64,000 nt of DNA from Isurus oxyrinchus (Eukaryota): NCBI GenBank assembly GCA_026770705.1, contig JANJGN010000008.1:158658001-158722000 (forward strand). Direction: 5' to 3'. A program made the translations under genes and the position numbers. Below the pieces are notes generated by a model. That model saw only the letters and a program-made list of their open reading frames with translations, had not been told where the DNA came from and searched no databases. This document shows, in pieces, positions 50,200 through 63,938 of this stretch (position 1 is the stretch's first letter; the number at the start of each line of letters is the position of its first letter).

Positions 50200-50560
50200 G
50201 TAGGAACATAGGACTTAGAAGCAGGAGTAGACGGTTCAGCCCTTCGAGCCCGATCTGTCATTCAAAAGATTATGGCTGATCTGGTTGTGGTTTCAGCTCC
50301 ACTTTCCCGTCTGTCACCCGGCTCCCCCCCCCCCAAACCCCAATAACCATTGACTCCCTTGTCTATCAAAATTCTGTCTAACTCCACATACTAATGATCC
50401 TCAGAAAGAAAAAAAATTCTCCTCACCTCCTTTAAAAGGGAGACCTCTTATTCTTAAGCTGTGTTCCTTAATTCTAGTATCCCCATACAAATGGAAACAC
50501 TCCTGATATCTATCCTATCAAGTCCCCTCAGGATCTTATATGTTTCAAGAAGATTACCAG
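50200..50560 (-). mobile_element. CR1 LINE 3' fragment
   Basis: taggaacataggacttagaagcaggagtagacggttcagcccttcgagcc is the reverse of the 3' end seen at 56640-56697. Confidence 0.8.
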
Positions 50561-51760
50561 CAAGGTAACCTGCAAGGATTTGCAAGCTAGCTTCTTTCTG
50601 TGGATAAGAACTATGCTAATTGGTATGTGTAAAACATTTAAAAAGCAGAATAATTTCTTCCCAGAGCATTTAAAGTATTGCTTAGTAATAAGTGCTAATT
50701 AAATAAATATTAAACTACTCATGAAACATTACACACACGGCATAACTTATCAAAATATATAATTGCAACATTCATGTTTACATATTTTTAAAATGAAGCT
50801 GTACATATTCGATTAATGTGACAAGTGGTACACAATTCTGTTAATGAGATTGTAGGATAATCTAAGTATCAATAAACTTTCTATGCTTTATTTTTTTCTT
50901 CTCCTCCATTTTCACATCCTCATAACCCACTATCAAGAATTTCTCCAGAGTTATGAGATAACTGCAGGAAGTCATACAATGCATGCATTCAAAATTAAGA
51001 ATAAATGTGTTTTATTTCAAAAGATATTTGCCTGTTTCAATTTAGGAGATACTGCATTGAAATCCTCCATGCTGGAGGAAGCCATGTATCCCTTCCTCTG
51101 GCAGGGATAGCAAGTTAAAAAAAAATTCAAAATAATCTTTTTCCGTAGCCATTACACATTAGAAATTGAGGTAAACTCGTTTGCTTTACCTGTAAATGTG
51201 GATTTGACAAAATCATACATTGATTAATAACATGGTTGCCTAATTTTGATCGGTATGTGAGTAAAGATTAATATCAGACTTATAATATCTACAATCATCT
51301 TGTTGGGTTATGAGGTACTTTCATTGTGGCAATGAATACTGACAGTTGAGTAATATATTCTGTACTCTTTGCAATAGCAACAAATCAAATATTTTGTTCA
51401 GTACTAGTAAAACAGGCATTGCAAAAAATTCCACAAGACATATGCAAACAATGACTGGTATAGGATAATTCAGTTTAGCTCCAGAAGCTTGACTGGTTCA
51501 GTCTAAATTATCAATTAGTTACTGATGGGGATTTATTGCTGTATCCATTATCCCTTCTTCAGTTTCTAGTTTAGAAAAAAACCGTGAATATCAAATTATT
51601 CTATTCCTTGTCTTTGTTGTGTATGAGAATAGTTAAGTACTAGCTTCTTCATCAATGAAGGACTAATCAAAGATCTCCACTTATAACCAGATCTAATTCA
51701 CATTTGCTAATGAAAAACCACCAATGGGTCACAGTTAAAGAGCAGCTGATGACAACTAAC

Positions 51761-51869
51761 CTTTCTTGGCTTGCAGGAGGGTTTCTCTGGTTGAATGGAC
51801 ATAGTTCTCATACTCTTTTTGCAAGGTTGTTGCTGATTCCCTTACTTCTTGCAGAATAACACCATCCGA
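51761..51869 (-). CDS. DDX31: DEAD-box helicase 31, internal exon
   Basis: Acceptor atatag|, SDGVILQEVRESATTLQKEYENYVHSTRETLLQAKK, donor G|gttag. 109 nt. Similar to human [20 protein letters not shown]...AKK. Confidence 0.9.
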
Positions 51870-53284
51870 CTATATATGTGAAAACAAAACACACATTTAG
51901 CTATTCAAGTTCATTTATTTTTGAAACTTGCAAAATATACCTGGGTTATCCAACACGCAACATCTGCAGCAACTATAAACTCTCATTGCTACAATAAATG
52001 CAGAGAGGGGTACACCAAATCAAAAAAATATTTCTTTAGTCAGTATTTGCTGAGCATTTTAAGAAAGAAATTAAAAATTGTAATTGGTGCAAGACTTTCA
52101 TTCTAATTGACAAACAGCACTGCAGTTCTTGAAGGGTTAACCAAACAAGGAGTGTTTCAGTGAGAAATAATGGATGGGTTTATAACAGATTCAATAACAA
52201 GAAAATGACAGAATAATCACAAGGGCCACGGAGGTTAATCCCTTCAATATTACTGAAAAGAAATAATATAATGTAGCTAAAGATCACATTGAATAAGACA
52301 GCTTGGTGTTATTTGTGGACTGCAACAGCTCCCACCCAGTGTCTCTTGCAATTTCTCAGCTTTTAATATGAATGTCAAATTACTTTTTAAAGGATGATTG
52401 ACCTTTCCCTGAGGACCTAGCGTCATGTTATTAAAGGAATAAAAAATTTTAATAATGGAAGTTGTGTGTTTTCTTTCCTTTTTACTGTTTAAAATTAATG
52501 AGAAAGTGTAACAGTTGCCGGCATGAGATTGAACTCAGCAGCCAGTACCAAATAAGAGTGGAAATCCTTCTGAGCACTGAGCAAACACAGATTCAGCTGC
52601 TGATCCCTGAGCTGGATATTGTATACAATGTGTTACACGCCTTAGAATAGATCAGGGGGGCTGACTGGTGGAAAGGTCTTAGATTTCTAATAACCACTTT
52701 TATATTGAAGATGGCCTCCATCAAGAGCTAAGAGCTTACTGTGGATTCCAGCAGAAATTGGGTCTAATCAGAGACTTGCAAGTGATATTTGTCTGGGATA
52801 TAGAGTGGTATTTAAGCCTTTCACACACAGTATAAGATTTGATAGTAACAATAACTGTTCCGATTTTAATGACTCTGAAGAAAACACAATCACCTTTAAC
52901 ATGAGTTGCTACACAGTACTTTGATCAATCATATATACATCATGCCTTACAAAACACATCTATTATTGCCTAGTTATAATAGTTTTTCATTTTATAAAAA
53001 TCAGACAATTACATTTCACACAATCCTATCAAAGCTGTAATTAGAAAGAATAAGTTTAAGATGCATGTGCTTTCTTCTCCCTCTATTATTCTTTACTTAA
53101 GGAATGCTCATGTAAAATTAATCTGTTCGCATTTTGGACATAAAATCTTAAAATAATCATAATGACAGGTCGAGTGATCACGTTTGTCCATGTTGCAGTA
53201 AAATTAAAAGGTGCAAGATGGGCACCAGCTCCTGTTGCTCTGTGGATATAAGCGCCGCCTAGTGTAGTACTAAGCAAACAGTAT

Positions 53285-53620
53285 TAAGTCCCTCAGATCA
53301 GAAGGTCCCAGGTCTCATCCAATGACTGTGCTGTTAGCTGATTTCACCCAAGGCAATAGCAAGACTGGTTACAATTCCTCAATCCTCCTTATAATGGTAA
53401 GAAGGAAAAGAAACATTGGCCTGATTCTGATCAAATGAGACCTGTTGGATTGTGAGTGTGTGTGGAAGTTGGGTAAGTTTAGAAAAACACCTGGCTGTGA
53501 TACCCTCTTTGGTTGCTAAGTTTTCTAAATTCTGGACATAACATTAAAAAAGTATCAGGGTTACCCAGCATCTGTGAAACCCTAAACCCTGCGACAAAAA
53601 CAGCAACCTCAAGGGGGACA
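53285..53620 (+). mobile_element. Ancient SINE-like remnant
   Basis: cagatcagaaggtcccaggtctc...ctgtgctgttagctgatttca resembles a tRNA-derived SINE head and body; highly diverged. Confidence 0.4.
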
Positions 53621-55264
53621 GCCTCACCTTTCCCCAATAGTGACAGGAACTGAATGTTATAGGAAGCTCAGAGCCACAATCCAGTTGCTTAGCAGTCAAT
53701 GACACAACAACATTAGCAACTCATCACAACACAAAACTGTATTGTTCATGCGCACTATTTCAACAACTTTAGCCCTCAAATGGAAGCATGTTTTTTAAAA
53801 ATTTTGAAATTTCATTATTTAGTTCAAACACACAGCATAGTACATTTGATGTAGTAATGCCCTACTCCAGTCATTATAACACTTAGTGGAAAATTTAATA
53901 CAGCATTCGTAGGGCTGTTATACTGTACATAGTGTGCTCTTATATGTGATGCAGTTTACACATTAACACACCATCATTTTAATTGCACAATACTAATGTG
54001 CCAATTTGTATTTTATGTACAGGTTCAACCTCAGCTTATTGTACTGTTATACTGCAATTTTAACTTGTATTTTTCCAAATAAGGAAGAGATGCCCTATAG
54101 TTTAAGGTTAAACTTTCAATTAAAAGGACAACTTATACCAGAGGCCATTGAGCATTGTGTGTATGTTTAAATATGTGTGCACAGAAAGTGGTGCAAGGAG
54201 ACAGCATAATGGCTCACCCTCCTGGAGGGGTAGGGACTTGTCATTCCCAGGCATACCAGCTAAGAGTTGAATGAACAATGTAGGAAAGAGCACAACTAAA
54301 AGCCAGCACCGTACATATCACCAGTACAGCAATTTAGCAGATCAGCACACTTCAGCGTGTTGTCCTTGTTTGCTATTCAACAGTGGAAACAGAGGACTTG
54401 CATTTAACTTGTGAAAAATCATTTAAAAACTACATTGGGAAAAATGTATTAAAAGAGTAAAATGTGTTTATTATGAGAGAAATGCTTTATTGGAACAACC
54501 TTTTGGTAGGATAGCAGAGACAGAATTTGAAGCCAGATATGAAAGTAAAAAATTTGTTGTACAAAAAGGATGAGCTTTGGTGGATTGAATGGCATTTGCT
54601 AACCATAAAAACTGTTTTATTTGTTCAGACTGCTCATTTGCAAAATTCAAAAAACAATACTGCTGTCAAACAAAACTTTCAATATAAGTGCACCACCAGA
54701 TCTCACAGGCCTTGGGTCCAATTTAAGGTCCAGTGAGAATAACTTAAATGTGTTTGAAAATAGTTGCTCTTACAGGATTTGTCACAAATGTTCTTGGTAA
54801 AAAGTGAAGAATTGAGAGATGAATTTTTCTCTTTTTATACTCAGTGATATCATAAGGCATCCTATATGCAGTATGGCAGTTAGAAATTCTCCTAATTCAG
54901 ACTCTGGAAAAGGCCACCCACCATACTAGTTTGATACTTCTGTCAAACTAGGTATCATCCTGCTTGCTGAAGAACGTTACTCAATTAATGCAGATTATTA
55001 TAAGCATTTTAAAAAACATTACGTGACTACTGTAGTAATCATGTCAGACCATGTTGCAAAAGATCTAATAACAATAAAACTAGACAGATGAGAAAGGTTG
55101 AAAATCTGTCCCAGTGTTCCTTTAATGCACAGGAATAGCCCACCTCATCTATTTATTTCCATGCACAATCATCCTATGGAACTGCAGACACCACCATGTC
55201 TTCAGCAAGTTTTGAAAACAAATAAAAAGATATTTCAGATTATTTTCTAAAAAGTTGTTGGTTG

Positions 55265-56697
55265 CTTTTGAGATCTGGAAAGGTTCCATCAGACTGGAAA
55301 GTAGCAAATGTAACCCCTCTATTCAAGGGAGGGAGGCAGAAAACAGGAAACCATAGGTCAGTCTGTCTTGGGGAAGTTGTTAGAGTCGATCATTAAGGAG
55401 GTTATAGCTGGGCACTTAGAAGGCAATTGAAAAGAGACAGCATGGTTTTGTGAAAGGAAAATCATGTTTAACCAACTTATTGGAGTTTTTAGAAGAGGTA
55501 ACATGCGCCGTGGATAAAGGGGAGCCTGTAGATGTATTGTACTTGGATTTCCAGAAGGCATTTGATAAGGTGCTACATCAAAGGTTATTACGGAAAATAA
55601 AAGTGCATGGTGTAATATACATGTATATTAGCATGGGTAGAAGATTGGCTGTCTGGCAGAAAGCAGAGAGTATGCATAAATGGGTTTTTTGGATTGGCAG
55701 TATATGATGAATGGAGTCCCACAGGGGTCTATGCTGGGGCCTCAATTTTTTAACGATTTACATCAATGATTTAGATGAGGGGAGTGAAGACATGATAGCT
55801 AAATTTGAAGATGACACAAAGATAGGCAGGAAAGTATGTTGTGAAGAGGAGATTGCAGATGGATATAGGTAAGGTTGAGTGAGTGGGCAAATATCTGGCA
55901 AATGGAATTTAATGTGGGAAAATGTGAAGTTGTTCACTTTGGCAGGAAGAACAAAAAAGCTGAGTATTACTTAAATGGAGAACAGCTGCATAATTCTGAG
56001 GTTCAGAGGGATATAGTTCTAATATATGGGTCACAAAAAGTTAGTATGCAGGTACAGCAAGTAATTAAGAAGGCTAATGGAATGCTATATTTTATTATGA
56101 GAGGGATTGAACATAAAAGTAAGGATATTATGCTTCCGTTATACAGGATATTGGCGAGACCGCACCTCGAATACTATGTGCAGTTTTGGTCTCCTTATTT
56201 AAGGAAGGATGTAAATGCATTGGAGGCGGTTCAAAAGGAGGTTTACTAGATTGATACCTGGAATGAGAGGGCTGTCTTGAGGAAAGGTTGGACGGATTGG
56301 GCTTATTTCCACTGGAGTTCAAAAGAGTGAGGATGATTTGATTTAAGTATACAAGATCCTGAACGGCCTTGACAAGGTGGACATCATAAGGATGTTTCCT
56401 CTTGTGGGTGAGTCCAGAATTAGGGGGCACTGTTTTAAAATTAGGGGGTCACCCTTTTATGACAGAGATGAGGAGAAATTTTTCTCTGAGGGTTGTGCGA
56501 CTTTGGAACTCTCTACCTCAGGTGATGAAAGCGGGGTCATTGAATATTTTTAAGGCAGAGGTAGATTGATTCCCTTGCCTAACAAGAATTTAAGGTTATC
56601 AGGGTTAGATGGGAGCGTGGAAATGATCAGCCATGACCTTACTGAATGGCTGAGCAGGCTCGAGGGCCGAACGGTCTACTCCTGTTCCTATTCTTAT
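55265..56697 (+). mobile_element. 5'-truncated CR1 LINE (RT ORF2 pseudogene plus 3' end)
   Basis: KGKSCLTNLLEF...YLDFQKAFDKV, GVPQGSMLGP, KFEDDTKIG, WQMEFNVGKCEVVHFG, RPHLEYYVQFWSPY. Frameshifted. Ends in the CR1 3' stem and cctattcttat tail. Confidence 0.95.
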
Positions 56698-58289
56698 CAG
56701 ACAGCTGTTTGATTTATTCTGTTATCTGAACCCTTTGTCTTGTGCAGTTTAATTATTTTTTTACTATTCTTTCTAAAGAGTTTCTGGCAATACAATGACA
56801 TATGGCATTATAATTAATTATAATCTATTAAAAACTAATTAATCATTAAAAGATGATTTGAACATTCATGAGTGCTCTCAGGAAATGCAGATACAGTTTC
56901 AATAACACATCAGCTATTGAAATGCTTTACTTTCAGTAGTAGGACGTCACCTCATTGCAATGTGAGATGCTGGGTACATGCTTAACCAGAAAGTGCAGCA
57001 ATACCATTTGATGGTTTAATGTATCCAAATACTCAATTTGTCATTTCATCAATCAATATAACATTCAATTACAAAAAGAATCAGTTGATACCTGCTTAAT
57101 GTAGCAGGCCCAGCCCAGCTGCTCTAGATACTGAACTCCAGCAGTGCACATTAAATGCTGGGGAGGCAAGTGACAGCAGCCCACGAATTAAAGTCTGAAG
57201 CTTAATTTCTCAGAAAAACTTGAGTAATTAAAGTAATACAGGTCTGAACTTTGCAGTATAGAAGGTGTGAGCTAGAATTCAATATGTTTTAGGAACATAT
57301 TATAAACCACAATTTTTTTTAACTTTTTCAGTAAAGATCAAGTTTTGGCAATTTAAATGAATTTTTCCTATTGAATGGAAGAACTTTGCATTGTATTACT
57401 CAAAGGTATATCAGGACATTATAGTGGAACGAATTAGGCTAGTCAGTGTTAATTAATCTGAGATTCCAAGGCACAAAAATTGCCTCTATGGGTTGCTTTT
57501 TGAAAAACCAAGAATTTTCCTTTTCAATTAATCTGATATTTGATCCGAAGAACAACATAGCATGCTGTTAGCAGAAGAAACCTACAAAGTGCAACCCAGT
57601 AATACCCCAAAGTTTTTAGAGCTAGGCAGTAATTAGCCATTTGACTCAGGTGATCCAACCATATATATTGTTGAATATTTATTCTGCCTGTAAAATTCAC
57701 TTATGGATCAAATTGCCTTTGTCACCGATAGAGTAAATACATTGTGAAGGACCCAAGAAAGCATGTAGGAAGTAAAGGCCATTAGGCCCAATAGATGCTC
57801 CCTTTATAGCCCACAGACAAATTGTCCCATCATGTACTTTAATAGACTTAGGATAAATTCATCTATTAAGTAAGACTGGGTGTCCACATAAGTTTGGAGA
57901 ATTGCCACTATAGTCTTGTGACCCTATATCTGACCTGCACATGTTCCAAGTTAAGTTCCCTGCTGATAGTGCAAGATTGAACTAAGTTGAACTTAAATCT
58001 CTCACGTAGAAGTTCTGCTATTTTTTTGCCTGACCTCAAAAATATGCTTATTTGTTTGAAATCACTAGAATACGATGCTGAGTTCACAACCTTATTATTT
58101 AACAGTGGTCGGCTGCTTTCGAGAACCAGTCCAGCAATGCAGGAATATCGTTGTGCATGAAATATTTGATCATCTTTTTTTCTTATCCCAATAACTTTCA
58201 ATCCTAAATTCAGCTACACACTCATTCAGCCTTTTCTATTATTTTTCTCTCCAAAATGCAAGTTAATCATAATAAAACTACTTTTGTTG

Positions 58290-58660
58290 GGAGGACATTC
58301 CACATATCCACAACTCCACTCCATATATCCACTATTCCACAGGGCTGAAGGAGAGAAGATTCCTCTAACCTCCAAATGAAGCTTCTTAAATTTTGAATGC
58401 AACCCCGCCAGTTCCTTCCTCACCATCCAAATTAATGGGCCTGGTTAGGTTTATATTATCAATGTTTCTCATCATTTTGAAGACATGATTTATGTTTGTC
58501 TCATTAATCCTCTTTTTTCCAATGAAAATAAATTGAGTGCTAAGAGCTTTTCTTCAAGACAAGACAAGAGTCCCTAGTTTTAGAATCATTCCTACTACTT
58601 TTTTCCAAGGCATCAATACCCTTAATACGACAGGGTATCCAAAATGGGATGTATATCAGA
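58290..58660 (-). mobile_element. Old CR1-type LINE remnant
   Basis: actattccacagggctgaaggagagaag...cagggtatccaaaatgggatg resembles the reverse CR1 ORF2 C-terminus; very diverged. Confidence 0.4.
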
Positions 58661-58822
58661 ACTCAAGGAATTTAGCAACATTAAGATAAATAAGCAACAG
58701 TGGAGGAAACAAGCTTGTACTCATCAGCATTGTTCTCAAATGGAAGAATCCGATTACAGTATTTTTGTACTGACTGTAATACTTGGGAATCCTATTTAGT
58801 GGCAATGGGTAGGATAGTGGAT

Positions 58823-58947
58823 AAAAGCAATACTGTGGATGCTGGAAATCTGAAACAAAAACAGAAAATGCTGGAAAAACTCAGCAGGTCTAACAGCATC
58901 TGTGGAGAGAAAGACAAAGTTAACATTGAATCCATATGACTCTTCAG
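58823..58947 (-). mobile_element. Penelope-like element terminal fragment
   Basis: Homologous to 8695-8830 and 35233-35365. Flanked by a 12-bp direct repeat AGGATA(G/A)TGGAT at 58811-58822 and 58948-58959. Confidence 0.85.
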
Positions 58948-60219
58948 AGGATAATGGATATGGTTTCACTAAACAATGACATTTTAATTCCGTACCATTG
59001 TCGATTCACAACGCCAAATAAATCTAGGAAATGTAGTTCAAATAGTCTGTGGCACCTGATTACACTAAATTTAATCATAAAGAAATGGTGAAGCACCTGT
59101 TAAAAAGTTTCTTAAATGTGCTTTTCTTGTTCCAAGTATTTGCAAGATTGCATAAATAAAACCATCTCCATGGAAAACACATCCCAGGTGATAAGGAAAG
59201 AATGGCAGCAGTAACAAGTAAGCACAAGCACAATCACTGTATATAAATGGAGTAGGAATTTCTTATAGGAAAATGCAACTCCAAGGGCAAGCACTTGAAG
59301 TACTTATCCCTAGGTGGGTTCCTGGTATTACTATGATTTCCCTACAAATTGGATTTTAAAATAATCGCCTTTTAATTGCCCCTCTGTAGAGTCCTGAAGG
59401 TAAGCCATTTGCTGTGGTAAACAATGAAGCGGACGTAATCGAGTGATGTCAGCCAAAGAGATTCCCGCCGAGCACGCCTGTGTGTTCAGTCTGTTTCTTT
59501 CTCCATTCTGGCGACAGAGAAACATTATTTTTGAAAGAAGATAAAAATGTCCAAAAAAAAAGGAAAAAGTGGATTTGTGCTCACAATTCCTTGTAAACTT
59601 GAGTTTCTAGTCACTGCTATTCCTTATGTGAGAGTAGAGGACTGAGGACAGGAATCCATAAATACAGGATTGGAAACAGAGCAGTAATCAGGCAGTGCTC
59701 ATGTAGTGCATCACAGAGCAACTGTGCCAGAAGTACCAGCCTGCCTGCCCACCCACCATTTTGCAGGCCAATGGAATATGGTGTGTACTTGAAAAAAATA
59801 AATGCACTTAACATTCAAAAATACCTACATCCTTAAACATACAAGTTTCTGTTTGGTGTAGTAACACAAACTCCTATCCTAATAGCATGACAGTACACCA
59901 AAATGTGCAGTACAACCTTCATTCAAAGAATGATGACGAAAGTTAAGTACCAAAGATTCTTAGGTTATTTACAGCCAAGCAATCTATCACTTTTCTTCAT
60001 TTGTTTGTCCTTGACACACCATGGCTAACTCTTGCACAGTAGTGTCTCACAGAGGGAGTACTTATCTGCCTGGGATGCATGACAGGGCTTACCATAGCTA
60101 TCTATACCTGCAGGTCTTATTTTAGCAATTAGATTAGACAGAGAACAGTCCAAACCATTCTGTTTTCAAAATGCCACCTGTCTAAAGCTTATCCGTTTAT
60201 TAACTACTGGGCAACAGGA

Positions 60220-60425
60220 CATGGGGAAGATGTTTCCACTTGTGGAGGAACCAAAACTAGGGACCATAAATATAAATGTCACCAATGAATCCAATAAGAG
60301 AATTCGGGGAAACCTCCTTTACCTGAAGAGTGTTAAGAAGGTGGAACTCGCTACCAGGAGGAGTTGAGGTGAACTGCATTGATGCATTTAAAAGGGAGAC
60401 TAGATAAGTGCATAAGATCAGAAAT
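60220..60425 (+). mobile_element. CR1 LINE fragment
   Basis: gaagatgtttccacttgtggaggaaccaaaactagggaccat...gtggaactcgctacc is paralogous to 56390-56560. Confidence 0.7.
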
Positions 60426-60427
60426 AG

Positions 60428-61222
60428 GAATGTTTGCTAATGATTGTTCAGTTCCATTTATAATTCCTTTGATAACAAAGCAGTCTGTGCCTGCATGCAG
60501 CGAGACCTAGACAACATCTACACCTGGGCTATTATGTAACAAGTAACATTTGTTAGTCGATGAGCATCACCAACAAGAGAGTGTATAACCACCTCCCCTT
60601 GAAACTCAATGGCATTACCATTGTGAAATCTGCCATCATCAATATCCTGGGCATCACCTTTGACCAGGAACTTAATTGGACCAACCATATGAATACTGTG
60701 ACAACAGTAGGGTGGAAGCTAGGTATTCAGCATCAAGTGACTCACCTGACTTCCCAAAACCTTTTTACCAACTCCAAGGCACAATTCAGAAGTGTGATGG
60801 AATACTTTCCATTTACCTGGATGAGTGCAGCTCCAATGAAACTCAAGAAGCTTGACACAATCCAGAACATAACAGCCTGCCTGATGGCACCCTTTCCACC
60901 TCTTCAAAAACAAACATTCCACCCGCGGTGGAGAGTGAACATGGTTACAGTGTGCACCGTCTAGGTGATCCATTGTGGCAATTCCCCAAAGCTTCTTCAA
61001 CAGCACCTCCCAAACCCATGAATTCTCCTACCTAGAAGGACAAGGACAAGCAGCATATGGGAATGAACAAATCATACAATATCCTCACTTGGAGATCACA
61101 TCACCGTTTCTTCATCGTTGTTGGGTCAAAATCCTGGAACTCCCTTTCTAACAGACTCCAGCAGGGCAATTAGAGATGGACAATAAATGATGGCATTGTG
61201 AGTGACATTCAGATCCCATCGG
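60428..61222 (+). mobile_element. CR1/L2-clade LINE 3' portion (second family)
   Basis: MFANDCS (FADD-like), LKLNGITI...INILGITFDQELNWTNH, KAQFRSVMEY are RT C-terminal motifs. 3' tail gggcaattagagatggacaataaatg. Confidence 0.8.
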
Positions 61223-62232
61223 GTCAAATGCCTTTTAGTGTGTTGTAAATTCTATGTAGTTCAATGTAACTCCAATGTACTCCCAGTTTCTCCACAGAGG
61301 TGATTCTGGTTTTGGCACCATGCCAGGGTGCAAGTCCACCAATCACTGAGTCACTCTTTTTGGCTATTTAAGTTTCCAAATGTGATAGCTTGATACAGTC
61401 TCAGCTCTTTAATTTTGATATAGAATAAACTTATCAGGTAACAACTCTCAGATGGGGGTTGGGGCAGGTTAAGAAACACCACAATCCAACAACAATGTGA
61501 CTCTATTCAAATACAATGCAAGCTAACTCTTTGCTGAGACGAAGGGCTGAACTAGAACCAAGAGAACTAGTTTTCTGGATTTTCTAAACCAAGAAACCAC
61601 AATAACAGAAAAGGGGAGACAAGCAATGGGTATTACTTATAATACTTAGTGCACATTCTCTATTGAGAATATATCTATTATTTAAGACAGTGTCACATCT
61701 ATTCCCTGACCTTGGTACTACACAACAAATCATTGACAGAGACCACCAGAGTTGCAAGGACGTGGGAAACAAAAGAAGTTAGCTTTTAAGAAGTTAGCTG
61801 ATTCCCCCAAACAGCTAAGTCACAACTTCACTGGGGTAACTGTTGAAACTCCAAATATCTTGTGCGCTACTGAGCTGGCATAGATTTCTAGAAGTACATG
61901 TACAGACTTTTTAAGACAGTCATCAATAAGTAAGTGAAAATGGGCCAATCATTTTTCCTTTTAAAAGGAACTTCTTCAGAGTTCTGCCATTCAGGATGAA
62001 CCCTTTTATAGACTACAAAATAATGAATTCGAAACTCATTCATCTCCAGGTCACATGGCACATTCTCTGTAGCTTAGGTGCAATAAACCCTTTATGCCGA
62101 CACATGGACTGGTTGAGGCCAAGCTACTCCATTTGTATTTTGTCTTTGGTCCCACAGGGCCATGAGATCACTTCAGGTCTTGACTTCACCACAAGAATTA
62201 GCAATCATTAAATCAAGCCTTCCAGCCTATAG

Positions 62233-62668
62233 AGAAAGTCTTGTATTTACATACTGTCCTTCATAACCTCAGGACATCCCAAAGCACTTCACAGCCAATG
62301 GAGCACTTCTGAAGTGTCGTCACTGTTGTAGTGCAGGAGGCATGGCAGCAAGGCCTCTCAAATAGCAGTGTGATAATGACCAGAATATTTTGTTTGTATT
62401 ACTGATGCTGGTTAAGGCATACATATTGGACAGCACAACAGGAATAACTCCCCTGCCCTTCTTTGAAATGGTGACATGGGATCTTCTACATCCACCTGGG
62501 ATGGCAGATTTTTAATGTCTCACCCCAAAGATGGCACATCTAAAAGTACAGCATTCCCTCAGCACTGAAATGTCAGCCTAGACTTTGTGCTCAACTCTCG
62601 AGAGGTGGACTTGATCACAACCTTTTGACTCAGAGGAAAGAGTGCTACCACCTGAGCCATGGTTGACA
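62233..62668 (-). mobile_element. DeuSINE (SacSINE1-like)
   Basis: Reverse complement of the 228-675 family: cataacctcaggacatcccaaagcacttcacagccaatg...gtgctaccacctgagccatgg. Confidence 0.85.
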
Positions 62669-63938
62669 GCTGTATTGACAGCTCTCTTACTCCCATAATC
62701 AGTATGTTTTGTATGGAAAAAGACGTGTGCCTTTTCTTTTCCTTGGGAGTGTGTATTCCAATTATATAGTTCAGCAGCAAGCGTTTGAGAGTTTAAAAGG
62801 ATATTTATTCTCTCATGCTTACCCTGAATAACTCAACGTCACATACTTTGTCTCACACACAATACAGATAAAGATAAAGATAGCGCACTTTAACTGATTA
62901 TAGTTAATTCCATCTCTGATTTACAACTTTCGGTCCCCTATTTGGGGACCTGTGGTTTCTTGAATGGATTTGATGATTTAAAGTCGAAGTGAGGGTCTTG
63001 TAAAGCGAAGGATCACAGCAGGTTACGAGGTGTCTTGAGTTGAAGATCAGGAGGTTGGCTCTCAGGTGAGCTTTGAAACCGGATTAGGTTAAGTACTTTG
63101 GCTGCTTGATGACTTGCAGCAAGTTTCACAGTCTGGTTCTCAAAATGGCTGATGACTGATGGTTCTGATGGGTTCTGGCGTAAGGGTGCAGTTCCTAAAA
63201 CTAGTTTTGATCACATGATCCCTGGGTTAACACTTCTGAGGCCCACCCCCACCCAGTCTGGTTTGGATGGGGGAGGTCATTGTGATACAATGGGAAGTTG
63301 ATAGTGGCCATTGAGCTTTGATCTTTCCTTTTGTCCAGTATGAAATATGGCAACAGGCAATATGTAACCTCCATAGTATTTAGGTGTTGACCCATCCTTA
63401 AACAATGAGGTGTGTGAATCCCACAATTGGATGTGAAGTACCCACCCCATCCATGTCCATATTTAATTAGGTATTTGCTGGAGACTTGGTCACGTCTCAT
63501 GATTTGAGCCACAAAAATCACATGATTTGCAGCTGCCAATTTAACAGCTTGTTTGTTTGTGTCCAATTTTAAAAAGTATTGACTGAAATTTCATAATATG
63601 ACATACCTTTACTGGACATAATACAGCTATAAAAGAAACATGAAAGGTAAGGGTCTAAGGCTGCACTTCATAATTCTGTACCTGCCTATGGTAACAACAA
63701 AAAAAGGCGATTTAGTCGTAGTTGAGTTGGTGATTGAAAACCCACTGATTATAAACTTTGGGAAATGACCTGCCATCATTGTTGTCCAAGACAAGGTTTG
63801 TGATGAGGGTGAAGGTCTAATACTTTCTTCCTTTACCCAACAATAAATTTCAGCACTATAAACACAAGACTCTTTATATACTTATATCTGAACACAATGC
63901 TGTAACATTAAAGGAAACAAAAGAAAAAAATCACAAAC

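Noticed and set aside
59331-59525. 64-aa ORF as a possible extra DDX31 exon
   Set aside because: No DDX31 similarity, and the flanking exons already join in phase and colinearly with the human protein.
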